52,498 bases of DNA from Clostridiales bacterium. GTDB taxonomy: Bacteria; Bacillota; Clostridia; HGM11327. The notes beneath the pieces were generated by a model. It was not told the DNA's origin, searched no databases, and saw nothing but the letters and a program-made list of their open reading frames with translations. The DNA is taken from NCBI GenBank assembly GCA_015056385.1, contig SVGI01000003.1, forward strand, positions 1-52,498, written 5' to 3'. Positions 36,213 to 45,180 of this stretch are shown in pieces. Each line of letters opens with the position of its first letter. The first letter of the stretch is position 1. The translations under genes and the position numbers were made by a program.

Positions 36213-37856
36213 TTACACCCTTTTACCGTTTATACTGCATATCTCGAAAAGCTCGTTTAAGGTAACGATGTTTTGGTAATATGAGCGTGTCATTCTGTTT
36301 ACAGAGGTTGTATAAAAGCTGTTATTGCTGAAGAACTCCCTGGGAGTGCCCTCTGCCGTAACGGCGCCTCTGAAAAAGAGGGCGCATCTGTCTGCACATT
36401 CCGCCACAAGCTCTATATCGTGGGTAACTATTACAACAGTAATATTTTTTTGAGAAAGCTCCCTTATAAGCGAGGATATTTTACCCTTGGAGATTGCGTC
36501 CAGCCCCTTTGTAGGCTCATCCAGCAAAAGTATGCGGGGCTTTCTCGAGAGTGCCTTGGCTATGCCCAAAAGCTGTGCCTCGCCCCCTGAAAGGTCGTAG
36601 GGATGGCGGTCCAAAATGTGGGATATGTCAAAGGGAAGCTCTGTGTGAGATATTCCCGCATCCAAAAGCTCCTCACCTACGGTTTCCTTTAAGAAAACAC
36701 ACTGTACGTCCTGAGGGAGCATTGTAAGGCACTCTGTATAGAGCTCATCCCCCTTGTATTTGGAGATTTTCTTGCCGAAAACGCTTACACTTCCGCTATA
36801 CGCCCTGTTGAGTCCTGCGGCAACGGAAAGAGCCGTTGTTTTCCCCGAGCCGTTTGAGCCTAAAAGGCAGAACACCTCCCCCTCATATACCTTAAACGAA
36901 AGGTCAGAGAGAACATCTCTTTCCTCTCTGGAGTATCTGAAATATACCCCTTTCATTTCAAGAGCTACGTTATCTGAAGCCTTACGCTCCTTTTCATTTT
37001 TTTCAAGGCTCTTTACCTTATCCGAAAAGTGGGATTCTATAAAAATTCTTCCCTCTCTTACGTCAAGAGGGCATTCTCCCTCCATATTAAGGCCCATAAA
37101 AAGCCTTACCGCGCTTGGCATACCGCAAAGCACAGCCTCTGCCCCTGTTGCGCCCTTAAGCCCCTGTGCCATATTGCGGGGCGAGCCGTAGAAAAGGCAT
37201 TCCCCCTCGTGAAGCACCAGGGCCTTGTGGGATTGGGGTATTATATCCTCCAGCCTGTGCTCTGCAATTATAACGGTTAAGGCAAGCTCTCTGTTAAGCT
37301 TTACCACCGTATTTATAAAATCCGAGGCGGCAATAGGGTCCAGCTGGGCGGTAGGCTCATCGAGTATAAGCACCTCAGGCTGCATTACCATAACTGCGGC
37401 AAGATTCAAAAGCTGCTTTTGACCTCCTGAAAGCTCGTTCACGTCCTTATCAAACCAGGAATCTATTCCGAAATAGGCGGACATTTCCGAAACACGTCTT
37501 CTTATAATATCTGCCGGTACTCCTAAATTTTCAAGGCCGAAGGCAAGCTCGTGCCATACCTTATCCGTAACTATCTGCTGCTGGGGGCGCTGCATTACAA
37601 AGCCTATCCCCCCTGCAGACGCTTTTACATCAAGCTCCCTTACGTCCTTACCCTTAAAAAGAATTTTACCTTTTCTTTCACCTCGCGGTGAAAGCTCGTT
37701 TTTCATAAGGCGCAGCAGAGTTGATTTAGCGCTTCCCGTTGCGCCGCAAACCGTTACAAGCTCACCCTTATTTACGCTGAAGGAAAGGTTATTTACAGTA
37801 GGATGATTATTACCGGGGTAGGTAAAGCTTAAATTTTCCGTTCTAAATATTTCCAT
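36213..37856 (-). CDS. ECF transporter ATPase, fused double ABC domain (EcfA-EcfA')
   Basis: There are two Walker A motifs (GATGSAKST and GSNGSGKTT), two LSGG signatures and two LLDEPT motifs. The start was set at the ATG at 37856 after GGAGGA. The ORF track starts at 37904. Confidence 0.9.
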   Translation of the reverse strand: MEIFRTENLSFTYPGNNHPTVNNLSFSVNKGELVTVCGATGSAKSTLLRLMKNELSPRGERKGKILFKGKDVRELDVKASAGGIGFVMQRPQQQIVTDKVWHELAFGLENLGVPADIIRRRVSEMSAYFGIDSWFDKDVNELSGGQKQLLNLAAVMVMQPEVLILDEPTAQLDPIAASDFINTVVKLNRELALTVIIAEHRLEDIIPQSHKALVLHEGECLFYGSPRNMAQGLKGATGAEAVLCGMPSAVRLFMGLNMEGECPLDVREGRIFIESHFSDKVKSLEKNEKERKASDNVALEMKGVYFRYSREERDVLSDLSFKVYEGEVFCLLGSNGSGKTTALSVAAGLNRAYSGSVSVFGKKISKYKGDELYTECLTMLPQDVQCVFLKETVGEELLDAGISHTELPFDISHILDRHPYDLSGGEAQLLGIAKALSRKPRILLLDEPTKGLDAISKGKISSLIRELSQKNITVVIVTHDIELVAECADRCALFFRGAVTAEGTPREFFSNNSFYTTSVNRMTRSYYQNIVTLNELFEICSINGKRV

Positions 37857-38737
37857 TTTAATTCCTCCAGAATGTAAAGCCCACAGGGCAAAAGGGTAAG
37901 GCACACAAAGGCAATATAGCCCATAACAGACAATATGCCCTTTGACATATAAATTTCGGGATAGTATTCAAAGCCCATAGCACCCGTTGCCATAGGTATA
38001 AAAATCATACATCCAAGTATAAGACACGCCACAACAAAAAGGGCATCCTGCATTTTGAAGCTGAACACGTAAAAATGGGTACGCCTGCCTGCGCCGTAGC
38101 CCCTTGCAGACATACTGTCTGCAGTTACAACTCCGTTTTCCAGCGCCCAGGTAACCATAACGGAAAACACCCTTGAGGATGATGCTATTTTTTGGGGAAG
38201 CTCCCGGGTTTTATAGCGGCCCATAATCCTTTGGGCGCCACGCACCTCCTCCCTCTGCCTTATAAGCAGCGGCACGTACCTTATTGCCATTGAAAAAACA
38301 AGGGCAAGCCTTGGGGATACGGCAGAGCATACGTAGAGAAGCCTGTCGCTTGTCATTATTACGGTAAAGCTCTTAAACCAATATATTACTGCGGATATCA
38401 TCACCCCTATACCTGCGCCGTAGAGCGTAGACTCAAGAGTAATAGGTGTATCGTTTATAATAAAAAGCACGGTTACGCCGTTGTGGCTGAATACGGGATT
38501 TATAACTGCGGAAACAGGAATTATAACAAGGGGAAGCAGGAATTCTCTTGCCCTTGCCCCCCTTTTTAAGATGGCATACGCCGTAAACGACCCAAAAAGG
38601 GATATGCAAAGAATTACAGGGTCCATAGTAAAGCCTGTTACAACGAATACCAGTATATAATATATGAATACCGCTATAGGGTTGTAATGTAAAATGCTTT
38701 TAATTTTAATCCCCTCCCTTTGCAATACCAAGCTCAA
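37829..38737 (-). CDS. ECF transporter transmembrane component EcfT (CbiQ family)
   Basis: It is polytopic with a CbiQ-like DSMSARGYG motif. The start is uncertain: a TTG at 38737, with a GGGAGGGG RBS-like run inside the first codons. Confidence 0.82.
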   Translation of the reverse strand: MSLVLQREGIKIKSILHYNPIAVFIYYILVFVVTGFTMDPVILCISLFGSFTAYAILKRGARAREFLLPLVIIPVSAVINPVFSHNGVTVLFIINDTPITLESTLYGAGIGVMISAVIYWFKSFTVIMTSDRLLYVCSAVSPRLALVFSMAIRYVPLLIRQREEVRGAQRIMGRYKTRELPQKIASSSRVFSVMVTWALENGVVTADSMSARGYGAGRRTHFYVFSFKMQDALFVVACLILGCMIFIPMATGAMGFEYYPEIYMSKGILSVMGYIAFVCLTLLPCGLYILEELKWKYLERKI

Positions 38738-40337
38738 GGGTGTACTCCCACTTTATTACGTCCCCATCCTTAAGCACGTATTTATCGCATCCTACCGAGG
38801 GAGTTTCACCGTTTACGCTGTACACCCACCCTGAAAGCTCACCAAAATCGAAATGATATATATAGCCTATTCCCTTTATATAAGCCCCGGCAGAGGCTGT
38901 ATCGTTATCCAGATGGATTTTATACTGCCTTGCCGCCTGGACAAGTATATCATATACCGTTTCACCCTGTGCTATCTCTGCCTGTGTGATAGGGAGAATA
39001 ACACCGTCCTTGGGGACATAATCATTACCACCTGCATTCTTTATGGCATCACAGGATATGGATATTGTAACTGTGCCCGTTGAGTTCTCCTTGGGAGGCA
39101 TAGGCTTGCCGTAGTATTCGTCCGGACTTTTAATATCCGTAAAAAGCACAAGGGCTATTATACCAAGTGCAGCGGCTATAAGTAATACAACGTTACCCTT
39201 CCTTGCTCTTTTAAGGGCAAAAAGCAGTACAAGGGCGGCAATGGCTGCGCCTGTCACACAAATACATACGGTTTTTTTATAGGAGGGGCTATTATTCTCT
39301 TTATTCTCCTCCTTATCATCAACGGGAGGATTCAAAAGCCCATCACTTACCTCAACACTGTGAGTATCGAAAATATACAGCGGTGTTTTACCATCCAAAA
39401 AGCGGTGATAGGCAACAAAGGCGCACAGCGCCTGTACCGTAGCCATACCGTTTACATCACCGTTTTTTACATGGCTATAACCACTGCAATAACCATTTTT
39501 ACTTAATTTATAGGAAAGAATAACGTCTATAAGGCTTTTTCCGCCTTTTATAAATCTTTCGTCTGCGCCTGCGTCTATACCCAGGGAGGAAAGGGCAACC
39601 ACCACCTGAGATGCGCTTTCGGGATTTTCCACGCCGTAGCTTTTATACTCACCGTTCTCACCCTGCATAAGGCTTAAGGTATTTACAGCCCTATCCACTG
39701 CAGCTTTTACAGTAACGTTTTCCTTATAAAACGGCGCAAGGGCAGTTATTACCATAGCGGTTACGTCTGCATCGCTTTTCTTTCCTGAAAGGGCCCATCC
39801 GCCATCCTCATTCACCCTTGAAATAAGTCCGTCAATAATCCCGTTTGCATCCGACGCGCTTAAGGTATATCCGTTGTTAAGCATATGAAGCCCGTAAACA
39901 AGGCTCATTATACCCTGCCCGCTTAATTCCCTTTGACAAACGGATAAGGCAAACGAGGTCTCCTTACAGCCGAAGGCTTTAAGTATAAGGCAATATTTTT
40001 GATACGTGGAAAGGCTTTGACCTGATACACTGTTTACATACTCCAAAAACGCTTTAGCGTATGTGCTGTATTCCACGGTATCACCCAAATATTGGGATAA
40101 GGCAATTATGTACCAATCTCCCCCGCCTATTTCATTACAAAGATCCCCATTGATCCAAGCCTGTACATCCTCTGCATCTGCCTTATTGAGATTATAGGCA
40201 ATAATTTCCTCTATGTATGAGGATATATTATCTCCGCTATAGGCACAGATAGCTTCAGGGGCAGCTATTGTACCAAAAATGAAAATGCACAGAAAAGCAC
40301 AGATTGCTTTATATATCAATGGGGATCTAAATTTCAC
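38706..40337 (-). CDS. Surface protein with an N-terminal alpha/alpha-toroid (prenyltransferase/terpene-cyclase-like repeat) domain, a 2-TM hairpin and a C-terminal DUF4430 domain
   Basis: It has a signal peptide and repeats such as DGGWALSGKKSDADVTAMVITALAP and GENGEYKSYGVENPESASQVVVALSSLG. Two adjacent TMs lie near aa 355-400. The C-terminus ...ELSGWVYSVNGETPSVGCDKYVLKDGDVIKWEYT is DUF4430-like. Confidence 0.65.
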   Translation of the reverse strand: MKFRSPLIYKAICAFLCIFIFGTIAAPEAICAYSGDNISSYIEEIIAYNLNKADAEDVQAWINGDLCNEIGGGDWYIIALSQYLGDTVEYSTYAKAFLEYVNSVSGQSLSTYQKYCLILKAFGCKETSFALSVCQRELSGQGIMSLVYGLHMLNNGYTLSASDANGIIDGLISRVNEDGGWALSGKKSDADVTAMVITALAPFYKENVTVKAAVDRAVNTLSLMQGENGEYKSYGVENPESASQVVVALSSLGIDAGADERFIKGGKSLIDVILSYKLSKNGYCSGYSHVKNGDVNGMATVQALCAFVAYHRFLDGKTPLYIFDTHSVEVSDGLLNPPVDDKEENKENNSPSYKKTVCICVTGAAIAALVLLFALKRARKGNVVLLIAAALGIIALVLFTDIKSPDEYYGKPMPPKENSTGTVTISISCDAIKNAGGNDYVPKDGVILPITQAEIAQGETVYDILVQAARQYKIHLDNDTASAGAYIKGIGYIYHFDFGELSGWVYSVNGETPSVGCDKYVLKDGDVIKWEYTLELGIAKGGD

Positions 40338-40340
40338 AGC

Positions 40341-41147
40341 TTATTTCTTCTTTCTTTTAACTATAATAACTACGGCTATGGCGATAATTACAGCGGCGCC
40401 GCCTACGGCGTACCATATCCAGGTGTATGAGCAGGGGGATGATACCACCTCCACCACGCATACGGGAGGTACAAGAGTAAGCTCACTGCTTGTTGCGCTT
40501 ATAACCGCTGTCTTTCTTTCATCTATAACTACCGTGCATTTGCCGTTTTCATCTGTTACGTAGGATGTTTCCTCACCGTTTATTGTGATTTTTGCACCTG
40601 CTACGGGAAGAGCAACTACATTCCAGTTTTCATCATAAGACTGATAAGAAAGCACAAGCTCTACTGTTGCGCCACGCAAAACACCTGCCTTAAATATATC
40701 AAAGTAAGAGTAAACGTCGCTCCAGGTGGTTGTATCTGTATAAGCAAATGCGTTTATATAATCTCCATCCTTAATTTCATCACCAAGGGACATAGGGGAT
40801 GCGTTATTTACGTAATAACCAAATGCGCCCATATTTTCCTCACCCCAGAGCTTTGTAAGGGATTTGCCGTAATCGGTATCCGCACTTGCAAAGCCTGCTG
40901 CGGCACCACCCTCATACTTTGCCTCGTGGGCAAGGTAAAGAGCATCGTTAATTGTTATTTTTCCGTCTGCATCTGCATCACTAACTGCTATTATTTCCTG
41001 GGAAAGCACAAGCTCACCCTTACTGTTTGATATAGTTACAAACACGTTAAGGGGGCCGTTAGCCTCTTCTGCATAGGCGCCAATCACACCCACAGCACAT
41101 AAAACAACAGCCAGAAGCATTACTGCAATGATTTTTGTTTTTTTCAT
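40341..41147 (-). CDS. Cell-surface protein with a DUF4430-like domain, an Ig/CarboxypepD_reg-like domain and a C-terminal TM anchor
   Basis: It has a signal peptide, then ...GAFGYYVNNASPMSLGDEIKDGDYINAFAY (DUF4430-like), then AGAKITINGEETSYVTDENGKCTV. The C-terminus is a TM followed by KRKKK. Confidence 0.6.
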   Translation of the reverse strand: MKKTKIIAVMLLAVVLCAVGVIGAYAEEANGPLNVFVTISNSKGELVLSQEIIAVSDADADGKITINDALYLAHEAKYEGGAAAGFASADTDYGKSLTKLWGEENMGAFGYYVNNASPMSLGDEIKDGDYINAFAYTDTTTWSDVYSYFDIFKAGVLRGATVELVLSYQSYDENWNVVALPVAGAKITINGEETSYVTDENGKCTVVIDERKTAVISATSSELTLVPPVCVVEVVSSPCSYTWIWYAVGGAAVIIAIAVVIIVKRKKK

Positions 41148-41452
41148 TCTGTTTCTCCTTTGTTTATTTGAGCTACTGTGCCGTTACCGCCAAGCCCCTG
41201 TACGCCTCTTGCACGGCGGCGGGCGTTTATGCGCTTTTCCCTGTTTTTTGCCTTGACGTCATCGTCTCTCAAAGGCTTTATATCTGCAATCTCCAGGGCC
41301 CTGGGCCACGGACCGAGATGCGCCTTAATAGCGCATACCTCGCCATCCGTAAAATCACCTCTCTTGGGGTAGCGCACCTCTCCCCCTGCCAAAAGCTCGG
41401 CATACTTACCCGTGAGCAAATCCACACACATTTGTTTTTTGTTATCACACAT
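41144..41452 (-). CDS. Small hypothetical protein (102 aa) with a basic C-terminal tail, first gene after the cobalamin riboswitch
   Basis: The ATG at 41452 lies 22 nt after the riboswitch terminator. Its stop overlaps the next gene's start (ATGA at 41144-41147). The ORF-track N-terminus (to 41512) would run through the terminator hairpin, so it was trimmed. Confidence 0.5.
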   Translation of the reverse strand: MCDNKKQMCVDLLTGKYAELLAGGEVRYPKRGDFTDGEVCAIKAHLGPWPRALEIADIKPLRDDDVKAKNREKRINARRRARGVQGLGGNGTVAQINKGETE

Positions 41453-41474
41453 ATTTTCCCCTGTACAAGGGTAC

Positions 41475-41746
41475 AAAAAAGCGCCTTTACCTTGATAAAG
41501 ATAAAAGCGCAACTGTTTTTAATACAGGGGCAGGAGGGCATACACCCCACGCCTTACACATATCAAAACGGTTGCACTTTTCATACCCAAAAATGTTCGG
41601 CATAGCCTTACCGATAACCGCACACAGCGCAGCAAGTATTCCGACTTATGGGCGTATTGCCCAATTACGGTAATGGTGGTTGCGACGGATTTTCACCGAA
41701 CTTCCCTCTGATCCTTAAAAAGGAACTGCGCCATATATATAGCTTG
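41475..41746 (-). promoter_or_regulatory. Cobalamin (B12) riboswitch with a terminator-type expression platform
   Basis: The minus strand carries AGAGGGAAGTTCGGTGAAAATCCG, CGCAACC, and a B12-box-like AAGTCGGAATACTTGCTGCGC. P1 would pair GCGCAG (41726-41731) with CTGCGC (41627-41632). The terminator GCGCTTTTA/TAAAGGCGC plus TTTTTT lies at 41475-41510. Confidence 0.85.
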
Positions 41747-41752
41747 TGAGAA

Positions 41753-41781
41753 AGTATATCACCCCGTAAAAAAAAAGTCAA
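41753..41781 (-). promoter_or_regulatory. Candidate sigma-A promoter of the riboswitch-controlled operon
   Basis: On the minus strand: TTGACT (41776-41781), a 17-nt spacer, then TATACT (41753-41758). Confidence 0.6.
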
Positions 41782-41827
41782 GCAGATGAACTGCCTGACA
41801 TTTAATTTCGTATAAAGCCTGTTTTTA

Positions 41828-42547
41828 TTACGTAAGCATACGGATTATTCCGTTCAGGATTATGTTATGCTCGTAGAATTTACCTGCAACGGGTGTTTGG
41901 GATATATCACCCAGAAATTCCGCCACCATAGAATCGGGGACTATTAAGAATATCATGGGAAGCACGGAAAATACGATAAATATAAAGAGCAGGCCCTGTA
42001 TTGCGCCGAAGCCCGCGCCTATAATACCGTCCCCTATGCGCAGGCCGGGAATCTTAAATGAATGCTGTATAAGCGCCCTTATAACAAGGCACAAAACAAA
42101 TATAACAATGAAAAGCCCAAGGAAGCTTAAAAGGTGAAGTATAAACGTTGCAATAGTGGTGTCAACAAAGTCCCCGAAGGTCTGTGTTTTATCTACGTTA
42201 GTGGTGGTAAGCACCCTCTGGAGGTAGTTTTTGAAGAACTTCGTCATTTCCATTTGCTGGAAGGTCTGGCTTATCTGGGAATCTGTAAGAAGGTACATAG
42301 GGGACTTTCTTACTGTGATATTCGTAATAGTATCAGAGCTTTGGGCAAGGTAAATTACTTTGTCCACCAGGGAATACTGCCTGTCCAGCACAAGGGCAAG
42401 AGGCTTTGTAAAGGCAAGAGCGCCTACCCACGATACAACTGATGAAAGCGCGCCTGCGGCAGACATTATAAATCCGCGATATACGCCGTATATTATACCT
42501 ATGCCGATTATCAAAAAGACACAATAATCAAAAATACCCCACTCCAT
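41828..42547 (-). CDS. cvpA: CvpA family membrane protein
   Basis: The N-terminus has the form ...DY.VFLIIGIGIIYGVYRGFI followed by several TMs, which is typical of CvpA/colicin V production proteins. Confidence 0.7.
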   Translation of the reverse strand: MEWGIFDYCVFLIIGIGIIYGVYRGFIMSAAGALSSVVSWVGALAFTKPLALVLDRQYSLVDKVIYLAQSSDTITNITVRKSPMYLLTDSQISQTFQQMEMTKFFKNYLQRVLTTTNVDKTQTFGDFVDTTIATFILHLLSFLGLFIVIFVLCLVIRALIQHSFKIPGLRIGDGIIGAGFGAIQGLLFIFIVFSVLPMIFLIVPDSMVAEFLGDISQTPVAGKFYEHNIILNGIIRMLT

Positions 42548-43623
42548 TATCTCAGACTCTCCTTATACATAAAAACAATGTTGCTGTCTGTTACAACTGC
42601 GATTATTCCGTTTTTCATTACGCCTATGCCCTTTACCTCATTCTCAACCGTAAGAAGCTTTGCCGTTTCGAAAAGCCTGGAGCTTAATGAAAAGCGGTAA
42701 ACGCTGTTGCCCTCTGCGTAAAGAGGGTCTGCGCCGTAAAGCACCATTGGCAGTGAATTTTCAAATCTGTGGAAGGACATATCCTCCCCGTCAACGTACA
42801 CCATATTGTTCTTCGAATCGAAATAACCCTCTGGCGCATAGTATATTATTGAGCTTGCTCCCTCGAAGGACGTTAAAAGAGTTGTATCGTAATACCTTAT
42901 AGTCCTTCTTACGTAGGTGGTTTCCGATATAAAGAGTATATCTCTTGCGGATTCCAGTATAAGCATACCGCCCACATGTTTAAGATTATAATATATAACG
43001 TTGTCAAATTCAAGTGCCGCCTGCTCGATACCGTTTATAAACACTCTTATCGTAAGCCTTATAGTACCGTTTGAGGTATTGTAGCACATATAATATTCCT
43101 TTGTGCCGTCCTCACTGCAGAACCAATCCGAAAAGCTTATTCCCCTTTGGGATGTAATATCCTCAAAGGAGGTTGTTTTCCCGTTGAAAACATAGTGCCT
43201 TATACTCGAATCAATATCGCACTTAAGATAAAGCCTGTCCCCGTACTGCCTTGCCGTTATAAGATTTCCCTCTATAACGCCTGCACGGGCAAATACACCC
43301 TGGGCCTCTGCAAATATGCTTATTGTACCCTCGGAGAAAAATACTATATAATCCTTGGTAACAGCCTTAAACTCAAACTCGCCGGGGAGTGACAATACGT
43401 TTACGGGAGCAGGCTCCAAAGGCGTAATCTTATACGCATTTATTGCACGGGCGTTGTGTTTAACATAGTAATCCCCTACAAAATACACGGATTCACCCGA
43501 GGAAATTGTGTCCTCGGCAATAGGAGTAAAATCCCTGAAGTTTTCATCAAGATAGCTCCAGGTAAAGTACCCCGCTCCGCAAAGTATAACGATTATAAGA
43601 AGAACTACTATAATTTTTTTCAT
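42547..43623 (-). CDS. Hypothetical N-terminally anchored extracytoplasmic protein
   Basis: A 358-aa ORF with one N-terminal TM (IIVVLLIIVILCGAGYF). Its stop overlaps the cvpA start. Confidence 0.55.
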   Translation of the reverse strand: MKKIIVVLLIIVILCGAGYFTWSYLDENFRDFTPIAEDTISSGESVYFVGDYYVKHNARAINAYKITPLEPAPVNVLSLPGEFEFKAVTKDYIVFFSEGTISIFAEAQGVFARAGVIEGNLITARQYGDRLYLKCDIDSSIRHYVFNGKTTSFEDITSQRGISFSDWFCSEDGTKEYYMCYNTSNGTIRLTIRVFINGIEQAALEFDNVIYYNLKHVGGMLILESARDILFISETTYVRRTIRYYDTTLLTSFEGASSIIYYAPEGYFDSKNNMVYVDGEDMSFHRFENSLPMVLYGADPLYAEGNSVYRFSLSSRLFETAKLLTVENEVKGIGVMKNGIIAVVTDSNIVFMYKESLR

Positions 43624-43641
43624 CAGACTGCCTTGTGTCCT

Positions 43642-44982
43642 TTAGAATCTGCGATATTTTCTCTTGTGGCTCTTTTTCTTTGAGGAGCCAACGCTTATTA
43701 TTATAAATACAAGCACAAATATTATTACTGCGAATGCAACTATGAGAAGCTTTGCATCCAGACGGTATCCGAATATTGTAAGTGATGGGTTTTCAAGGAA
43801 GCTGCCCCCTGTGGGAAGGGGTGTAGCTGAGGGGTCCGGTGTGGCAAGGTCCGTATCGGTTTCCTTTATAAGCCCCTTAAGCCTTGTAAGCTCTGTGGAT
43901 GCCCAAAGATTAAATACGTAGCTCTTTGATGAGGATATTGCCGCAAGGCCGTTTTCAAGAGTTTCCTTCATTGTTTCGGGAAGGGCCTTGGTTGAGTAAA
44001 GATGGTCGTACTTCATCTTGAGCATATACATATTTGCCCAGTCCTTCACGTTGTACTCCGACGTGCCGGAGGCAAGAACGTCTCTGCCGTAAATAATATC
44101 AAGAACGTCCATTGCAGTATCCATTTCGCCTAATTGAACGTGGCACAAAAGCTTCATAAAGGCAAAGTCATCGTTATCCATAAGAGAGCTGTCTATAATT
44201 TCTATTGCCTTGGTATAGTTTCTGTTACGGAACAAAAGCGCCGCGTTATATTCTATTGTGGATTTATCGGAGTAAACGTTGAGGTAGTACCTTGAGGGCA
44301 CCATATCCTCCATGCTGTAAAATATAACGCCGTCTGTAAAAAGCTCTACATCCTCGTAATCCCAATATATAATGCCGTCCCCTGTGGCAGAGGTGGGGCT
44401 GAATACGGGATTTTTATCGTATGCGTAAAGCTCCAGATAGGGAGAATATACCTCCATATTGAATTTTGCAGTGTTTCCTGCCCAGAGATTCAAAAGCTCA
44501 AGGGGCAGATCCAGGCGCTGGGTATCGTTCGTATATTTGCTTGAATCCACGGTAAGGGAAATGCTTATAAACACAGCCTCATCCTTAAGCATATTAAGGC
44601 TCCAGGTATTCATAGTGGAATAGAAGGGCTGGCTATCACCAAGGGCATTGTTCCTGCTCATGCTCTTTTGCGCAGTTTTAACGGTTTCCCCGTTTACCTT
44701 TACGGAAAGGGAATTTACTGCGGTAACGCTGCTGAAGTTTACGGGAATACCCATTGTAACGCTTGTATCATCCCCTGAATTAAGGAGCACAAGATCAAAT
44801 GCAACGGAGCAATAATTCTTATTGGGGCGGATTACCACAACGCATTTTTCAAGTGATACGTTTTTATTTTCCGTTATCTGTGTTGCAGAGCTTTTAAGGG
44901 GCGCAACGAACGCAGCGGCAGGCATTACGCCAAGCCCTATTACAAATATGAGCACCAAAAATACACAAATAAGCTTTTTCAT
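43642..44982 (-). CDS. Hypothetical secreted protein with a C-terminal TM anchor
   Basis: It has a signal peptide (MKKLICVFLVLIFVIGLGVMPAAAF), a beta-rich N-terminal half, a helical repeat-like region, and a C-terminal TM followed by a KKKSHKRKYRRF tail. The start was set at 44982. The ORF track starts at 45027. Confidence 0.55.
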   Translation of the reverse strand: MKKLICVFLVLIFVIGLGVMPAAAFVAPLKSSATQITENKNVSLEKCVVVIRPNKNYCSVAFDLVLLNSGDDTSVTMGIPVNFSSVTAVNSLSVKVNGETVKTAQKSMSRNNALGDSQPFYSTMNTWSLNMLKDEAVFISISLTVDSSKYTNDTQRLDLPLELLNLWAGNTAKFNMEVYSPYLELYAYDKNPVFSPTSATGDGIIYWDYEDVELFTDGVIFYSMEDMVPSRYYLNVYSDKSTIEYNAALLFRNRNYTKAIEIIDSSLMDNDDFAFMKLLCHVQLGEMDTAMDVLDIIYGRDVLASGTSEYNVKDWANMYMLKMKYDHLYSTKALPETMKETLENGLAAISSSKSYVFNLWASTELTRLKGLIKETDTDLATPDPSATPLPTGGSFLENPSLTIFGYRLDAKLLIVAFAVIIFVLVFIIISVGSSKKKSHKRKYRRF

Positions 44983-45114
44983 TTCCTGTAAACCCCGCAA
45001 ATATATATACTTTATATATTTTAGCATAACACACCTTTGTTTTCAATGGTATATATATGAAATTTACATAGCGGCAAAGGTACTGCATACATATTTTCTA
45101 ACGCATTTTACTGC

Positions 45115-45151
45115 AAAAAAGATAAGGCACAGAGCATAAGGGCTCTGTGCC
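45115..45151 (-). terminator. Intrinsic (bidirectional-looking) terminator after the GH38 gene
   Basis: GGCACAGAGC (45126-45135) pairs with GCTCTGTGCC (45142-45151). T-runs follow on both strands. Confidence 0.75.
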
Positions 45152-45180
45152 GTTTACTGTTTTTATTTTTAGAGCCTTCC

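Noticed and set aside
41453-41512. The N-terminal 20 codons of the ORF-track version of the 122-aa ORF (MRFYLYQGKGAFLYPCTGEN)
   Set aside because: This part coincides with the riboswitch terminator hairpin and its U-tract. The internal ATG at 41452 is the plausible start.
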